Positions 12,200 through 32,700 of a stretch of 64,000 nucleotides of DNA are shown in pieces; the stretch's first letter is position 1, and every line of letters starts with the position of its first letter. The stretch lies in NCBI RefSeq assembly GCF_009914755.1, contig NC_060931.1; one strand, given 5' to 3'. A program made the translations under genes and the position numbers. This stretch comes from the human T2T-CHM13v2.0 reference genome, Homo sapiens. The notes under the pieces are model-generated. The model was not told where the DNA came from, did not search any database, and was given only the letters and a program-made list of their open reading frames with translations.

Positions 12200-14015
12200 A
12201 TCAGAGACATTCAGGAAATGAATAAGAAATAAACTAGAGCAATATCATATTACTTGAAGACAGACTCTGATTATGTATACTGTAAATTCTGTGGCAGCCA
12301 ATACAAAAATTAAACACATTATAGATTATGAGTCAAAAGGTGAAGATAAAATAAAATCATAAAATATGTCCAATCAACTCAAAAGAAATCAGAAAGATGA
12401 AATTTAAAAAAAAACAAAATAGATGGAACAAATAGAGATCTAGCAAGATGGCAGATGTTAATCAAAATGCAACAAATATAATTTTAGCAGCATAAACACA
12501 CCAATTCAAGGACAGAGATTGACAGAGTGTGTATAAAAGCAAGACAAAACTATAGGCTGTCACAAGACAGCCACCTGCACATACAAGAGTTCAAACAGAA
12601 AGAATGAAGAAACAGACACCCTGAAACACAACACACAAGTAACATTATCAGGTATAAAGAGAAACAAATCTTTGTGTGTGTGTGCACCTAACAACTAACA
12701 ATACATTTTAAAATATATAAATAAATCTGATAGAAATGAAAGGTAAAACAGACAAGTCCACAATTATAGTTTAAGATTTCATCACTCCTTTGTCAATAAT
12801 TAATAGAACAAGTATTTAGAAAGTCAAGGAGAGTACAGAAAAGCTGAACAACACCGTCAACCAACTCTATCCAATTGACACCTGCCTATGGAAGAGTCCA
12901 CTCACCCACAGAAGAGTACAGAGACTCTTCCAATGTGCATGGAACAATCACTAACACAGGCCAGACTCTGGGCTAAAAAACAAATCTCAACATGTTTAAA
13001 TAAATAGAAATATACAGTGTGCTCAGAGATTGTGATCGATAATTATAATGGAATTAAACTGGAAAAAACCTAGCAAAAATATATCTGGAAAATTTCTCCA
13101 AATATTTGGAGATAAAATTGTGCATGACTAAATAACCTGTGAGTCAAAGTAGTTTCAGCTAAAAGTAAACATTATTTTAAAGTATAGAGGAAATTAAATG
13201 TGACATCAGAACTTGCAGGATCTAACTAAAGTAGTTCTTAGGGGAACATTTTTATTTAAATACCTATATTATAAGAGAAGAATCTCAAATGACTACTCTA
13301 AGCTGGTATTATAAGAAATTGGGAAAAGAAGACAAAATGAAGCCCAAAACAAGAAGAAATAATAAAGATGAACAGAACCCCAGATTTAGAAAATATACAT
13401 TTTTAAAAAATTAATAAACCAAAATCCACTTATTTGAAAAGATCAATACAGTTGATTAGCTTTTAGACAGACTTATCACAGAAAAAAGTCAGAAAGCACA
13501 AAGTACCATATCAATAATGAAAGAGAATACATCATTACAGATTGTGTACATATTAATAAACCTATAAGATTAATTTTGAAGCATAGATGACATAGACCAA
13601 TTTCTTGAAAGATACAAACTACCAAAAGTCAATAAATGAGAAATAGATTAGATGAGTAGTTCTATTATTTATTAAGGAAGTAAAATCTAGAGTTAAAAAC
13701 CTTCCAACAAGAAAATATCAGTCCCCTAAAACTAAAAAGAAGAAAAGAAAATATCAGGCCCAGGTGGCTTCACATGTAAATCCTAGCAAATTTTTAAGGA
13801 AGAAATAATACCAATTAAATATGATATCTTACAGAATGTAGAAGAGGAGGTAACTCTTTTCAACTTTTTTATGACACTAAAATAACCCTAATCTCCAAAT
13901 CAGAAAAAATCATTATAAGAAAATGACAGAGTTCTCATGAACTTAGACACAAAAATTCTCTATAAAATAATAGAAAATCAAATCCAGCAATATATAAAAA
14001 GGACAATACATTTTG
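12200..14015 (+). mobile_element. Ancient L1M inter-ORF/ORF2 fragment
   Basis: Decayed ORF2 landmarks (gacaagtccacaattatagtt, tatttgaaaagatcaata, caggcccaggtggcttcac, aaatccagcaatatataaaaagg). Confidence 0.8.
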
Positions 14016-14049
14016 ACTGTAGAGGGATGAATTGTGTCCTCTAAACAAA

Positions 14050-15055
14050 TACTGAAGGACAGTGTCCTCAGCAAGATGTTGGATAGAAGCTTTCAATCCT
14101 CATTCCCCAGCAGAAACGGGGATCTTGACATACCCAAGACAAGAGGACCATTGTTAGAGGCTGGCAGTCTGGCAGAGGGAGCCCAATACCCTACTGGAGG
14201 AAAAGGTTCAAGAGTAAACACATTGAGGAAGGTAAGAAGAACAGTTTGATTTTGCCTGCCTTTCCCCTCCTGCAAGGTGGCAGAACAAAGTGCCTAGAGA
14301 ATGCCCATTGGTCCATGATTTATTTCTCTGACGGGGGAAAGAGAATGTAACAAGGGTTGGGCTTCCCCAGCCATACAGGATGCTGCCCAAAAGATTACTC
14401 AAAACACTGAGGGGATCAACACAGCTGAGTCATGGGGGAGGAGGAGCTAGGAGCAGGAAAAAGGGGTAGGGGACCCACAGTAACAAAGGTTGCAGCTTCC
14501 ACTAACAGCCTCCTGAACTCCACCAGGAGGCCTGCTCAAAAACCTGCTGGGACCCATTACCAGCAGACCCCTCAGCTAGCTGGTGCATGCCGCCAGCACT
14601 CCACATGACCTTCCCTATCCTCCTGCCAAAATGGCACAGGCAAGTTTCTGCACACTGTGCATGAACAAATGCAGAGAGCCTACTAGACTCAAAGGGACTG
14701 GGGAAAGGTGCTCAACCTTGAATGCTTCAGGGCACTGTCCCAGGGAAAATAAACAGGAGGCTCTTAGGACCCAAGCCACCTTTGCAGGATAGAGAGAGAA
14801 GGCATGAAGTCCACTGAAAAGAGAACATGATGGAGTAAAGCAGGTACATCCATGGAAAAATGTCTGAGAGATCTCTACTAGAGTCCCTAGCTTGGCTGGC
14901 TAGTGAAGCTGTTTTTCTCCTGAAGTCATCACTATAGACTAGAGGAGTTGATTGCTTCTTCAAATGAGAATATAGCAATGTAAGACTTCAAGGAACATAA
15001 AAAAAAATCTCAAGAAAACGTGACACTGTTACAGGAACACAATAATTGTTTACCA
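14050..15055 (+). mobile_element. L1M 5' UTR / ORF1-start-like fragment
   Basis: caagatgttggatagaagc near the start; ends in ORF1-start-like caagaaaacgtgacactgttacaggaacacaataat. Confidence 0.5.
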
Positions 15056-15059
15056 GTTG

Positions 15060-15935
15060 TAAAGACAAACTTCTCTCTTGCAATGAAAATATTCCATTGA
15101 TAAACCTTATCACAATGCAAGATTGTACCTTCCTTGGTTGAGATCCTGGTTTGAATTTACGAGCCCTGCTTATTGCACTGGTGAAACGTGTTGCTCTAAT
15201 TGTTGTGTGCTAATGATGAAAGAGCAGAGGTGGACTTAATGCAGGACACTGCCCTTGAGGCAAGTACAGGCCAAATGATATTACAGCACATTGTACTGAG
15301 GGACATTTTGAAGTCACTGAAATAGAACAGTGGAGTGGGAGAACCGAGTTAGCGTGCAGGGCAGGCCAGCATCAGCAGGCCACAAGAACTGAGAGCCTGT
15401 GTCTTTTCTGTGCCGATGCAGAATTTATCCATTTTTGTGCCAGGTTGGAACATATTTTAGCAGTAGGGATACTAGTGAATAGGCAATGAAGAGTTTTCGT
15501 AAACGGGATTTTAAAAAAATTAATAATGCATTTTGAATTGCACTACTGAGTTGATGATTAAATCTAAATAATGTAACAGGGGTTAAAATGATAATGAAGA
15601 TGCCTTGGATGACGGTCGTGCATGTTCAAATGTAAGAGTTAAGAAAGTAAAATGTAAAATGCAAAATATAATTTCCCAACATTGAATTTCAACAACATTC
15701 TAGCTTCAGCAAAGCATTACCAGCCACTATGACACAATGATTTTCTAGACAGTTCTATGGTATTTACTTATTAAAGTGTTTGGTTTTATAGATGTATTAT
15801 AAATATAAGGAATTCATAAGAAAAATAGTGGAAATAACATAGAATAATTATGATAAAATAATAATAGGTACATTGAGGGTTTTTTTTTTCCATTTAGAGG
15901 AGGTTCACATTTACTGTCATGTGAGAAACACATCA
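15060..15935. mobile_element. Probable hAT-Charlie DNA transposon relic
   Basis: Terminal-like tttagaggaggttcacat...tgagaaacac and general resemblance to Charlie7-type text. Confidence 0.35.
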
Positions 15936-16263
15936 GCATCAGTTCTAGAGTTGGTTTAAAATAATGAAGCTTTCAGCTCTGACTGGGCAATCAGGATCTG
16001 CTGGGGTGGAAAATTCGGAATAAGTCTTTTAGAGCCTTGTGGGTAAGTTTGTGATCTAGATGTATGATAGACCCCACTCTGGGCCAAAAGTTTATGAATT
16101 TTATTTATTTTATTCAATTTTCCTTTCAGATTAATTACTTTCTCTTCTGTAATTTTAATTCTTTTAACCTAATTTCCTTTGGTTGATTTCACTTTTTCTC
16201 ACTTCTTGAGATGAATATTTAATTAGTTTATATTTATCCCCTTAAAAATACAAAAGATTACTA

Positions 16264-16565
16264 ACTGGGTGTGGTGGCTCACACCCGTAATCCCAGCACT
16301 ATGGGAGGCTGAGGCGGGTGGATCACTTGAGGTCAGGAGTTGGAGACCAGCCTGGCCAACATGGTGAAACCCCGTCTCTGCTAAAAATACAAAAATTAGT
16401 CGGGAGTGGTGGTGAGTGCCTGTAATCTCAGCTACTTGGGAAGCTGAGGCAGGAGAATCACTTGAACCCAGGAGGTGGAGGTTGCAGTGAGCAGAGATTG
16501 TGGCATTGCACTACAGCCTCGGCGACAGGGCAAGACTCGGTCTCAAAAATAAATAAATAAAATAA
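16264..16565 (+). mobile_element. AluS (Sx/Sz-like)
   Basis: Full Alu with (aaat)n tail. TSD aaaagattacta at 16252-16263 and again just after the tail. Confidence 0.95.
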
Positions 16566-18089
16566 AAAGATTACTAAAACACGCCTCTTACATCTAACTA
16601 TCTTAGATAGTAAGTATTTTTATAATAGTTATTTTCTAAATAGTCTGGAAGGAAAGTTTTAATTTTGCTTTTTACCTAATATTTACATATGATAGTTATT
16701 GTTGTAGATGGTGTTTTTATTTTAAAATTTCTGATTGTTTGGATTTTGTTTTAGGCTAACTTTTGTAATTGATGTATAGATTTTTTGTTATTACATGTAA
16801 CTAGTAATACTTCAATATTTTAAAATTCATTAAGAATTAAGGTTTGTTTTTATAAATATTTAATATATATTTGCAAGTCTGTAAATATATATTTGCTCAT
16901 CAGCTGCAAAATTCTAAGCATGCCTACTAAAGCAAGCTTATCAATTATATTTTTCAAATTCTCTCTATCCTAATTTATTATTGCTTATCAATAAAGAAAT
17001 AAGACGAATGGTGGAGTAGCAAATTGCAATTGAGGTTTTGTCAATTTCGTTATGTTTTCAAGAATTTTATTTTTATTTTGATGCTATATTGTTTCATATA
17101 AGAGTTAGTAAATGTCATAATTCAATTATAAATCCACTACCTTTTGTTAATATGAGCTAACCCTCTGTGCTATTTCCATTGAAATCCCTGTGCTCTGTCC
17201 ACTGAGTTCTATTGTGTCTGCTCCTGAAATTACCTCCACTACCACTGGAACTCCTCTGCTTGCTCTCCTGTGCTTTGCATTTTTTCAGTATATTATTGCA
17301 TGCTTCTTTTTTTATTAAACTATCATTTTGCTTAGGTGCTTCTCTTATGTGCAGTCAAATTTTGTGTTGTCTTTCAATATGTAGCTTTAATATGAATTTA
17401 GCCATTCATAGGTATTAATATGAACATTAATATGTATTTGTATGTATATTGATATGTTTAGTTTTACCTGAGTTAAGTTTATACTTTTTCATGCTTCTTC
17501 CTCACCTTGTTTTTCTTTTTCTGTTGCTCTACTGATAATGTGTTCATTACACTTTTGTATTCTTTTTCTTATTTGAAAGTTAAGAATTATTTTCTTTTTT
17601 CGACTTGTAATTCACTTTAAATATAAAATAATAAATTTGAGAAATAATGTTAATGTAAAGAATGTAACAGCTAATATCTCCAACTGTGAAAGATGAAAAT
17701 GTTGGATGCCTTTATACCTTCTATTTTTCAGCACACCTTCCAGTATTTTACAGATTTTGTCTGCAGTTTTATGTACAGTTTTTCTTTTTTATAAAAATCA
17801 TCTTCACTTTTAACAATTATTTTTAATATATGTGTTGCTTTATAAAAACATTGACAATTTTTTTAGCTATAACAGGTTTAATTGCTTAGTATCATTTCTT
17901 TTAAATACCTCATTTCACTTCTTTTAATTAATTGCTGTTAATTTCTCTCTTTGCAAGACAAATTTTTTAAGTATTTTTTTCAAAGACACATGGTTACCAT
18001 AGATTAAACTGATGCCCCCAAATGATGATATGTTGGAGTCCTAAACCTCAGAACCACAGAATATAACCTTATCTGGAAATAAGCGTTGA

Positions 18090-18463
<374 letters not shown>

Positions 18464-18975
18464 TAGTTAAGGTGAGTTCATATTGGAGTAGGATGGGCCC
18501 TAAATCAATATAACTCATGTTCCTGTAGAGGAGGAGAGAGGACAGTCACACAGACATGGAAGGGGAAAAGGCCATGACAGAAGGCGGCAAGAGTGGAAGT
18601 GCTTCTGCCGAAAGCCAAGCAACATCAAGTATTGCCGACAAATCACCGGAAGCTGGAGAGGCAAGGGAGGATTCCACTCTAAGTTTCAGAGGAAACATGG
18701 TCCTGCCAACGCCTTGATTTTGAACTTATAGCTTCCAGAACAGTAATTCAATACATTTCTGTGGTTTTAAATAACTCCATTTATGTGACTTTGTTATGGC
18801 AGCACTTGGACACTAATAGGATGGGGTAATATCACTTATGATTTTTGATGTTCTTGAGCATGTATTGCAGTTAATTTACCCATGAATTTAGTGCATGCCT
18901 CAAAATGGAAAGCTTGAGTCTATCCATTTGGGTTGACATTGTTTTTTCTCAACCTTTGAATTATTGCTTCATTTT

Positions 18976-20490
18976 TTCTTTCCTTCTTTCTTTTTTTTTT
19001 TTTTTTGCGGATTCTTCCTTCTAGTTGATCTCCAGCACCTGAAGCCCTTCTCAAAAACGTTGATATAATCAAGATTTACCCTGCCAAAAATCGATCTATC
19101 ACTGCCCACGTGCCCTGCATCTGCAGTTCAGTGCTAGAAGTCCTAAGGAGGTTCTCCTGAGGGTATTTTCCACTCACTTACTAAGCAATATTTTAAAAAT
19201 AATTACGGGTTCCTTGCTCATTTTGCTTAAGCTGTTCTGTATTGAAAGAGTTTCCTTATATTTCCTGAAACGTTTCCAGTGCTGATATGGATTCTTCCGT
19301 ATTATCATATTCCTAGTTCAGTTTAATAGATCTTTGGTGAAGGTGGGCTTCTATCAGGGATGGTTATGTCAACAAAGGTAGCTTTAGGGAATATGTTTAG
19401 AGGGTGTTACAATGGCTACAATGACAGTTAGCCTTTTGTTTTATCCTTTCACCCATTGGAATGCTTTTATGGGTCATTGGCCACTTCAACTGGGCCTGAG
19501 TTTACTTCAAAGCAGGGAAGCTTTGGGTTTGTGATGGAGTTGACAATGTTGAAAAAGGGTTTGGTCCACCAGTCGATCACTTCGTACCTTAAAATTACTT
19601 CATTCTAGAGGCAAAAGCCCTCATTCTAACTTTCACAAAACACCCTTTCCTCAGGCCAGTTCTACTGAATTCTCCTGACAGAGACCTGAGCAGAGCCTCA
19701 GCTGTATGGCAGCACACTTGGGATAACAGGGTGTGGATAACGTGTCTCCATCTGATGCGGGAGAATTGCAGGTCCTCAGCCTGACAGCGTACCTGCTCCA
19801 CGGCATAAGCTGCATTGAGTGTGGGTCGCCAGCAACATCGGCTTCTCCATCTGGTCTTGGCAGGAGAAGTTCTATAGTAGCTGCAGAAATATTTGGGAGG
19901 ACCTTCAAATGTGTCTCTATTGTTGGGAAAGTTTCTTTACAATCAGAAAAGTAAAGACAGTTCAGGGTCATTTTCACATGTGTTCACATTAGTGGCCTTC
20001 GTAACAGTAAACCCACAAGCCAAAGTCCTAGTCGTGAAGCTGGAGCTCCTTGACCTAATAGTTCCTACACTTCTGCAAACCTTCCAAGGGTATCAGCTGG
20101 AAGGGATAGGTCATTGTTGCCAACGGTGGCCAGAAGGTGCAAGAAGCCTTGGTGCAGCAGACTGCCTGACACTCCACATGCCCTTCTGACTCAGTCCCAA
20201 ACCAGCAAAACTGCTAAACGGAACTCCATGCAGCTATTGGTGCACAATTGGCAAAATAAACTGTGCAATACAGGTGCCAAATCAAAATGTGTATAAAAAA
20301 TACACTGGATTAATTCTAGGTTAACTCATGTAGAAAGGGTTCAAAGTCTGCAAAGGATGGAGAAACAGGAGTAATTCTCTGTGTTAAAAGACAAATATTT
20401 GCATGAATGTTTGATGTAATTTGTGATCATAAGAAAGTGCTTACACCTGACAGATAAAGTTGAAACTGTCCTTCCTGTGTTCATAGTTAA
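18976..20490 (-). other. Unidentified coding-like segment ending in a poly(A)-like tract (possible old retrocopy)
   Basis: High-complexity, GC/CpG-richer sequence between AT-rich L1M relics. T-tract at 18976-19006 is an A-tail on the - strand. Fragmented open frames. No parent recognised and no clear TSD. Confidence 0.4.
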
Positions 20491-20924
20491 TGACATTTTT
20501 CTGGTTTTGAAGTGTTAATTTCGATAGTTTTAATGTATCAGAAAATCATCTTTTAATTCAAATTTTCAGATTTATTAGCATGCATTTGCACATAGCATTC
20601 CTATAACTATTTCCCACATGATGTAGATTATATTCACTTCCTTATTTGTAATTTTTACAAATTCTTCTTATTCTGTATTTTCTAATGTTCATGTTTTTAC
20701 TTCTCCATTTATTCTGCAGACAATTTTCCATTACATATATTTTAAAAGTTAACTTTCATAATTACTAAGTCTGTTGTTTTCTTTATCTGTCTATTTCTTA
20801 TTTACTTATGCATAATAAATCCTCTCTTTTTAAAAACTATTGCTTTTTATACATTATGGCATTTAATGAAATACGTTAGTTTCTTTTTTAAATAAGTTAC
20901 TTCTGCCTGTAAAGTTATCAAGGC

Positions 20925-21480
20925 TTTGAACAGATATTTCAAAGAAGATATACAAATGCCAAATAAGGACATGAGAAACTGTTCAAAATCATTAGTAGTC
21001 ATCAAGAAAATACCAGTGAAAATCACAATCAGATATCGCAACCCACATATTAGGATTGCTAAAATAAAAGGACAGTTACTGGAACTCTTGAGTATTACTG
21101 GTGGCAGTAAAAATGGAACAACCATTATGGAAGAAGGCTTGCAGCTTTGTACTAAACTAAACATACATCTACCCTGGGTCCCAACAATTTCACTCCTAGA
21201 AAGAAAGACATGTAATCACAAAAGACTTGTACATAAGTGTTCACAGCAACATTAGTTATAATAGGCAAAAACTGGAAGCAAACCAGGTGTCCATCAGCAG
21301 GAATGGATAAACAAACTTTGATGTATTCATAGCTTCAACAACCAGTATGTAGCATTGAGAAGGAAATGAAAAGATCTCATGCAGTAACATGTTGCCTTAC
21401 AAAAAAAAAAAAAAGAGTGTATATTGTATGATTCCATTTACATGAAGTTCTAAACAAGTTAATCTACGGCAAAACACCGA
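20925..21480 (+). mobile_element. L1M (MB/MC-like) ORF2 C-terminus and 3' UTR fragment
   Basis: ORF 20926-21255 reads NRYFKEDIQMPNKDMRNCSKSLVVIKK, a decayed L1 ORF2 C-terminus. Confidence 0.85.
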
Positions 21481-21569
21481 AGTCAGAGCCCTTGGAGTGG
21501 TGGAACAGGTGTGGTGGAAAGTGACCGGGATGTGATGTAGCCCCAGTCATCGCTTTTGGCAGAGGGAGG

Positions 21570-23550
<1,981 letters not shown>

Positions 23551-25745
23551 ATCAAACAATAAGCATGGTTTTATTGGTTATTATTTTGCATAATGTAGAA
23601 AGGTTCTAAACACTCCTCAAAATAATCCAAAATATTTAAAAGACATGATTTAATAAATCATACATAAACTCTTGTCAATTTTATAAAGATCTATTTAGAA
23701 AGATCAAAAAAAATTTTAAGAGTGACTCAACGCATTGTTTTTTTCTTAATTCTAGAAAGGTTTAAAAGTGTGCTAATCAGAAAAAAAAGGCACATCCAAG
23801 GATGCGAACATACTTTTAAATGGCTAAACCAAGGTTGTAATGTGACAAGAATTAAAATATGTGTACTAATTTTTAAAATCCAAATCATAAGGGATAATAC
23901 CCTTAGAAAACTGGCTGAAATATCTTTGAAATGTTCAGAGGTTAGAAAAATATAAATAGTCAAATTTTTAAAAAGTTTAAAAGTGAGCTAAAGCAATTCT
24001 GTTGCATATAAAATAAAGATAAGGTATAAATACAGCACGGGGTAAATATAAACTTGAAATAAATGTACCATTAACCCAAAAGCAAATTGCCTTTAAGTGA
24101 ATGAGTTGTAAGCAAAACAGTTTGCTCCTAGTTTGAACACAATAGGAATTCAGTAAAGATTGCAGAATTCTAGTAAATGGTACAGAATAATTTCAGCTGA
24201 ATTTTTTTCTGTTATTGTTATTTTGAGAAAATGTAACATAATTCGAATTTCTTTATGTCATAATTTGATAATTGTAATACCTAAAGTTGTGAGATTTCAT
24301 TCAGCAATGTTCATTAAATAGGATTTTTCTGAAATGCCAATTGAAACAATGATAATTACTATTGCTACATAGTAGAATTCAGCTATTAGCCTAAACAATA
24401 GCTTCACAGCAAATAGATTGCTACAGAACTAAGTTCAATATAGGAAAAATATTTCGGCATCTGAATAAGCACTATAGAACATAAAAGTTTTCAGGAAGTG
24501 ATTTTTAGACTTTGGTAAGACTGTGATTGGGCAGGGAAATGGCATGGAGTGAAGTAGATGGGCAAAGATTTAGGAATGCAACTATAATAAAACTCACCGT
24601 GTTATGTTCAATCATATACATAATAAAATAGAGTAGGAGCCCAAGGAAAGGAGAAAAATATTCTGATATTAATTATGGCTAAATAGTTGGAATGCCTTGA
24701 ATGCCATGCTGAAGAATCTGAACAATTTTATGAAGTAGAAAATTTGAAATATAAAAAGTTATGAGCAAAAAGCATGAGATTTAATTCACATTTTGGTTTC
24801 TACATAAAGAAGGGGAGCAGAGAAATTAGACGGTAGTAGATTAAATACTTTGTAAAATAATTTGGGAAAGAGATAATAAAAACTTAAACTTATGGAGGAA
24901 GAGAAAGATAATTCTTATTAATGTAAACCAAGTATAATGAAATATGCTTAAAATGTTATCTTAGAGTAACATTTCCTCCCTCAAAAACATGAAGGAGGAA
25001 AGACAAATGACAAAATCTGATAGGCTTTCACTATAAAACAATACTGAGTAAAAATATAATAAACAACATCTCAAATGTATTGCCAAGTCTTCGAAAAATG
25101 AAAATTCCCAGCATCCAAAAATATCGAAGAGGCTGAAAATATAATGATGAATGGATGCTGATGCTACAGTTGTCTTGGGCCTCTGCTGATCTTGGAACCA
25201 CCAGGGTTGGCTTAATAGCTGCAGAGATCAGGAAACAAATATTTTAACTATGCAAATGAGGTATGAACCCTGAGAATCTCCTGACAATTTGGACTCTTTC
25301 ACTCAGTGAAACAGTGAACCTAAAAATATCTTCCCAAGAGGCACACAGATGTTGGGGAAATTTGTCTACTCTGTATAAAAAATAAAAATTCTTCTTCTCT
25401 AAAACTTTCTCACTATAGACTTGCTCCACGTGAATTTGAAATCCAGATTATGTTGCTTGTGTGATCTAGGGAAACACACATTACAAAATTAAACTGAAGT
25501 GCCAGATTTTAAGTCATAGAGCACTTGGCAAAAACAAAATCAAGTCCTTTTTGCAGTACATGATTTCACCTTGCCAGTACAGGATACCCACATTGCCACA
25601 GATAAAATCCTGCACAATATAAATCCATAATCAAGAATTACCAACTGCAGGAGGAAAAAAGCCATGATAATATCTTTAGTGTAAATAAATGACACCCTGG
25701 AATTTTATGCAGAGCTGTGTAGTGCGTTAAGAAAGAGGGCAAAGT

Positions 25746-29575
<3,830 letters not shown>

Positions 29576-29753
29576 AGAAAGAGGGCAAAGTAAATGCATT
29601 TTCAAATAAAACCTGAGTTTCCACTAACAGACCTAATTTATTAAAGGAATTTTAAAATATGTAGTTTATTAAGGAAAAGGATATTCTTTAGTGATCTCAA
29701 TTCTTAGGATGGACTGATATACAAGAGGTAATGGCGTGCAAAGAAATTAGAAA

Positions 29754-32700
29754 GGGAGGGGCAGAGCAGGATGATGGACTAGAGGCCTTACACCATTTGT
29801 TCCTCCACAGTAACACCAAATTTTAACAACTAACTACACACAAAAAGCACTATCACAAGAATGAAAGATCAGGTGAGCAATTTCCATACATGATTTTAAC
29901 TTCATATCACAGAAAGAGATGTTGAAGAGGGCAGGAAAGACAGCCTCCACACACCGATGCTCTCCCTCCCTCGTTCTCTCCTGCTGGGAAATCTATGCAC
30001 TTAAGGGAGGGAGAGCACAGTGATTGTGAAGTTTTGCATTGAACTCGCTGCTGCCTTGTCACAGTGGAAAGCAGAACAAGGTTGTACTCAACTGACATCT
30101 GCCCATGGAGGGAGCATCTGGACCAGCCCTAGCCAGAGAGGAATCACCCATCCCAGTGATCAGAGCTTGAGTTCCAGCAAGCCTCACCACTGTGGGCTGA
30201 GTGCTCTGGGGCCCTGAGTAAACTTGAGGGGCAGTCTAGGCCACAAGGACTGCAATTTCTAGGCAAGTCCTAGTGCTGAGTGGGGCTCAGGGCCAGTGGA
30301 CTGGAGGGGCATGTGACCTACTGAGACACCAGCCAGGGTGGCTAAGGGAGTGTTGCACAGCATGGAGAAATCTATGTGTTGGGAGAGGGAGAGCACAGTG
30401 ACTGGAGGACCTTACTTTGAACTCAGTGCTGCCCTGGCACAGCAGAGACCTGGCAGGATTCATCACTTGCTGACTATAGAGCCCCTCCGCCATCAGCCCT
30501 GAGTAACTAACAGTGATACCCAGGTAATACACCACAGGCCTAGGGCTCTAAGACTTGCTGGCTTCAGGGGTGACCCAGCACATCCACGGCTGTGGTGACT
30601 ATGGTGAAAGACTCCTTCTGTTTGAGAAAAGTAGGGGGGAAAACGAAGGGAACTCAGTCTTGCACCTTAAGTACCAGCTCAACCACAATAGGGTAGAGCA
30701 CCAAGCAGGCTCTTGGGGTCCCTGAGTCCAGGCCAAGGCTGTTGATCAACATTTCTGGACCTGCCTTGGTCCAAACGGGAGCCAGTGGCCCTGAAGGGTG
30801 AGTACCGGGTCTGGCAGCATTCACCACAAGCTGACTAAAGCGACCTTGGGCTTTAAGTGAACAATGGTGGTGGCCTGGCAGAACCCCACATGGATCAGTG
30901 GTGGTGGTGGCCACAGAAAGGGGCTCCTCTGCCTATGGAAAAGGGAGAGAAGAGTCAGAAAGACTTGGTCTTGTTATTTGGGTGTCAGCTTAGCCACAGT
31001 AGAATAGAACACTAGATAAATTTCTAAGGTTTTTGACTTCAATTCCTGACTCCCAGATAGCATCTCCAGACCCACCTAGGGCCTGGGGGAACTTGCTGCT
31101 CTGAAGGAGACAAAGTAATGGCCAGCTTTGCCACATGCTGATCATAGATCCCTAGGTCCTTGAGTGAACTAGGTGGTAGCCAGGTAGTGGTTACAGTGGA
31201 CCTTGGGTGAGACCCAATGCTGGGCTTGGCTGTTCAGGTCTAAAGTAGCACAGTCCTAGTGTTGGTGACCACAGGGTTCTTGTGTCCCCCCACCCCCAGT
31301 TCCAGGAGGCTTAGCAAAGAGAGAGAGACTTTGTTTGGGAGAAGGTAAGGGAAAAGAACAAGAGTTTCTGCCTGGTAATCCAGATAATTATTCTAGATCT
31401 TGTCCAAGACCACCAAGGTGGTACCTCTCTGAGCCTACAAGAACCACAACGTTATTGGGTTTGGAGCCCATGTCTCTTTGAATACCTGGAAAGCCTTCCC
31501 AAGAAGGGTGGGTGTAAACAAACAAGCCTAGACAGTGAAGACTGCAATAAATGCCTAACTCTTAAATGCCCTGGCACCAACTAACATCTACAAGCATCGA
31601 GACCATGCAGGAAAAAAAAAAAAATGACCTATGAAATTAACCAAACAAAGCCCCAAGGATTAATCCTGAATAAAGAGAGATATGCAACTTTTCAGACAGA
31701 AAATTCAAAATAGCTGTGCTGGGGAAACTCAAAGAAATTCAAAATAACACAGAGGATGAATTCAGAATTCTATCAGATAAATTTAGCAAAGAGATTAAAG
31801 TTATTTTTAAAAATTGAGCAGAAATTCTGGAGTTGGAAAATGTAACTGACATACTGAGGAATGCATCAGAGTCCCTTACTAGCAGAATTGATCAAGCAGA
31901 AGAAAGAATTAATGAGCTTGAAGACAGGTTATTCGAAAATACACAGAAAAGACAAAAGAAAAAAGAAAATACACATAGAAGACAGAAAAAAAACCAATGA
32001 AGCACGCTTACAAGATCTAGAAAATGGCCTCAAAAGGGCAAATCTAAGAATTATTCACCTTAAAGAGAAGATAGAGAGAGAGATAGGGGTAGAAAGTTTA
32101 TTCAAGGGGATAATGATAGAGAACTTCCCAAACCTAGAGAAATATATCAATATTCAAGTACGAGAAGGTTGTGGAACACCAAGCAGATTTAACCCAAAGA
32201 AGACTACTTGAAGACATTTAATAATCAAACTCTTCAAAGATCAAGGATAGAGAATGGATCTTAAAAGTAGCAAGAGAAAAGAAACAAATAATGTACAACT
32301 GAGCTTCAACACTTCTGGCAGCAGACTTTTCAGTCGAAATTTTATAGGCCAGGAGAGAATGGCATGACATACTTACATACTTAAAGTGCTGAAGGAAAAA
32401 CACTTTACCCTAGAATAGTTCCGGCAAAAAAAAAAAAATCCTTCAAACATGAAGGAGAAATAAAGACCTTTCCAGACCAAAAAAAGCTGAGGGATTTTAT
32501 TAACACCAGACCTGTCCTACAAGAAATGCTAAAGGGATTTCTTCAATCAAAAAATGACATTAATGAGCAATAAGAAATCATCTGGACGTACAAAACTCAC
32601 TGGTAATAGCACATAAAAACACAGAATATAATAATACTCTGTGTTATGTAAAATACTCTTATCTTAAATAGAAAGACTAAATGATGAACCGATCAAAAAT

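Noticed and set aside
29986-30403. Duplicated aaatctatg...gggagagcacagtga motif
   Set aside because: Lies inside the L1MA 5' UTR, where internal repeated units are expected, so it is probably consensus rather than locus-specific.
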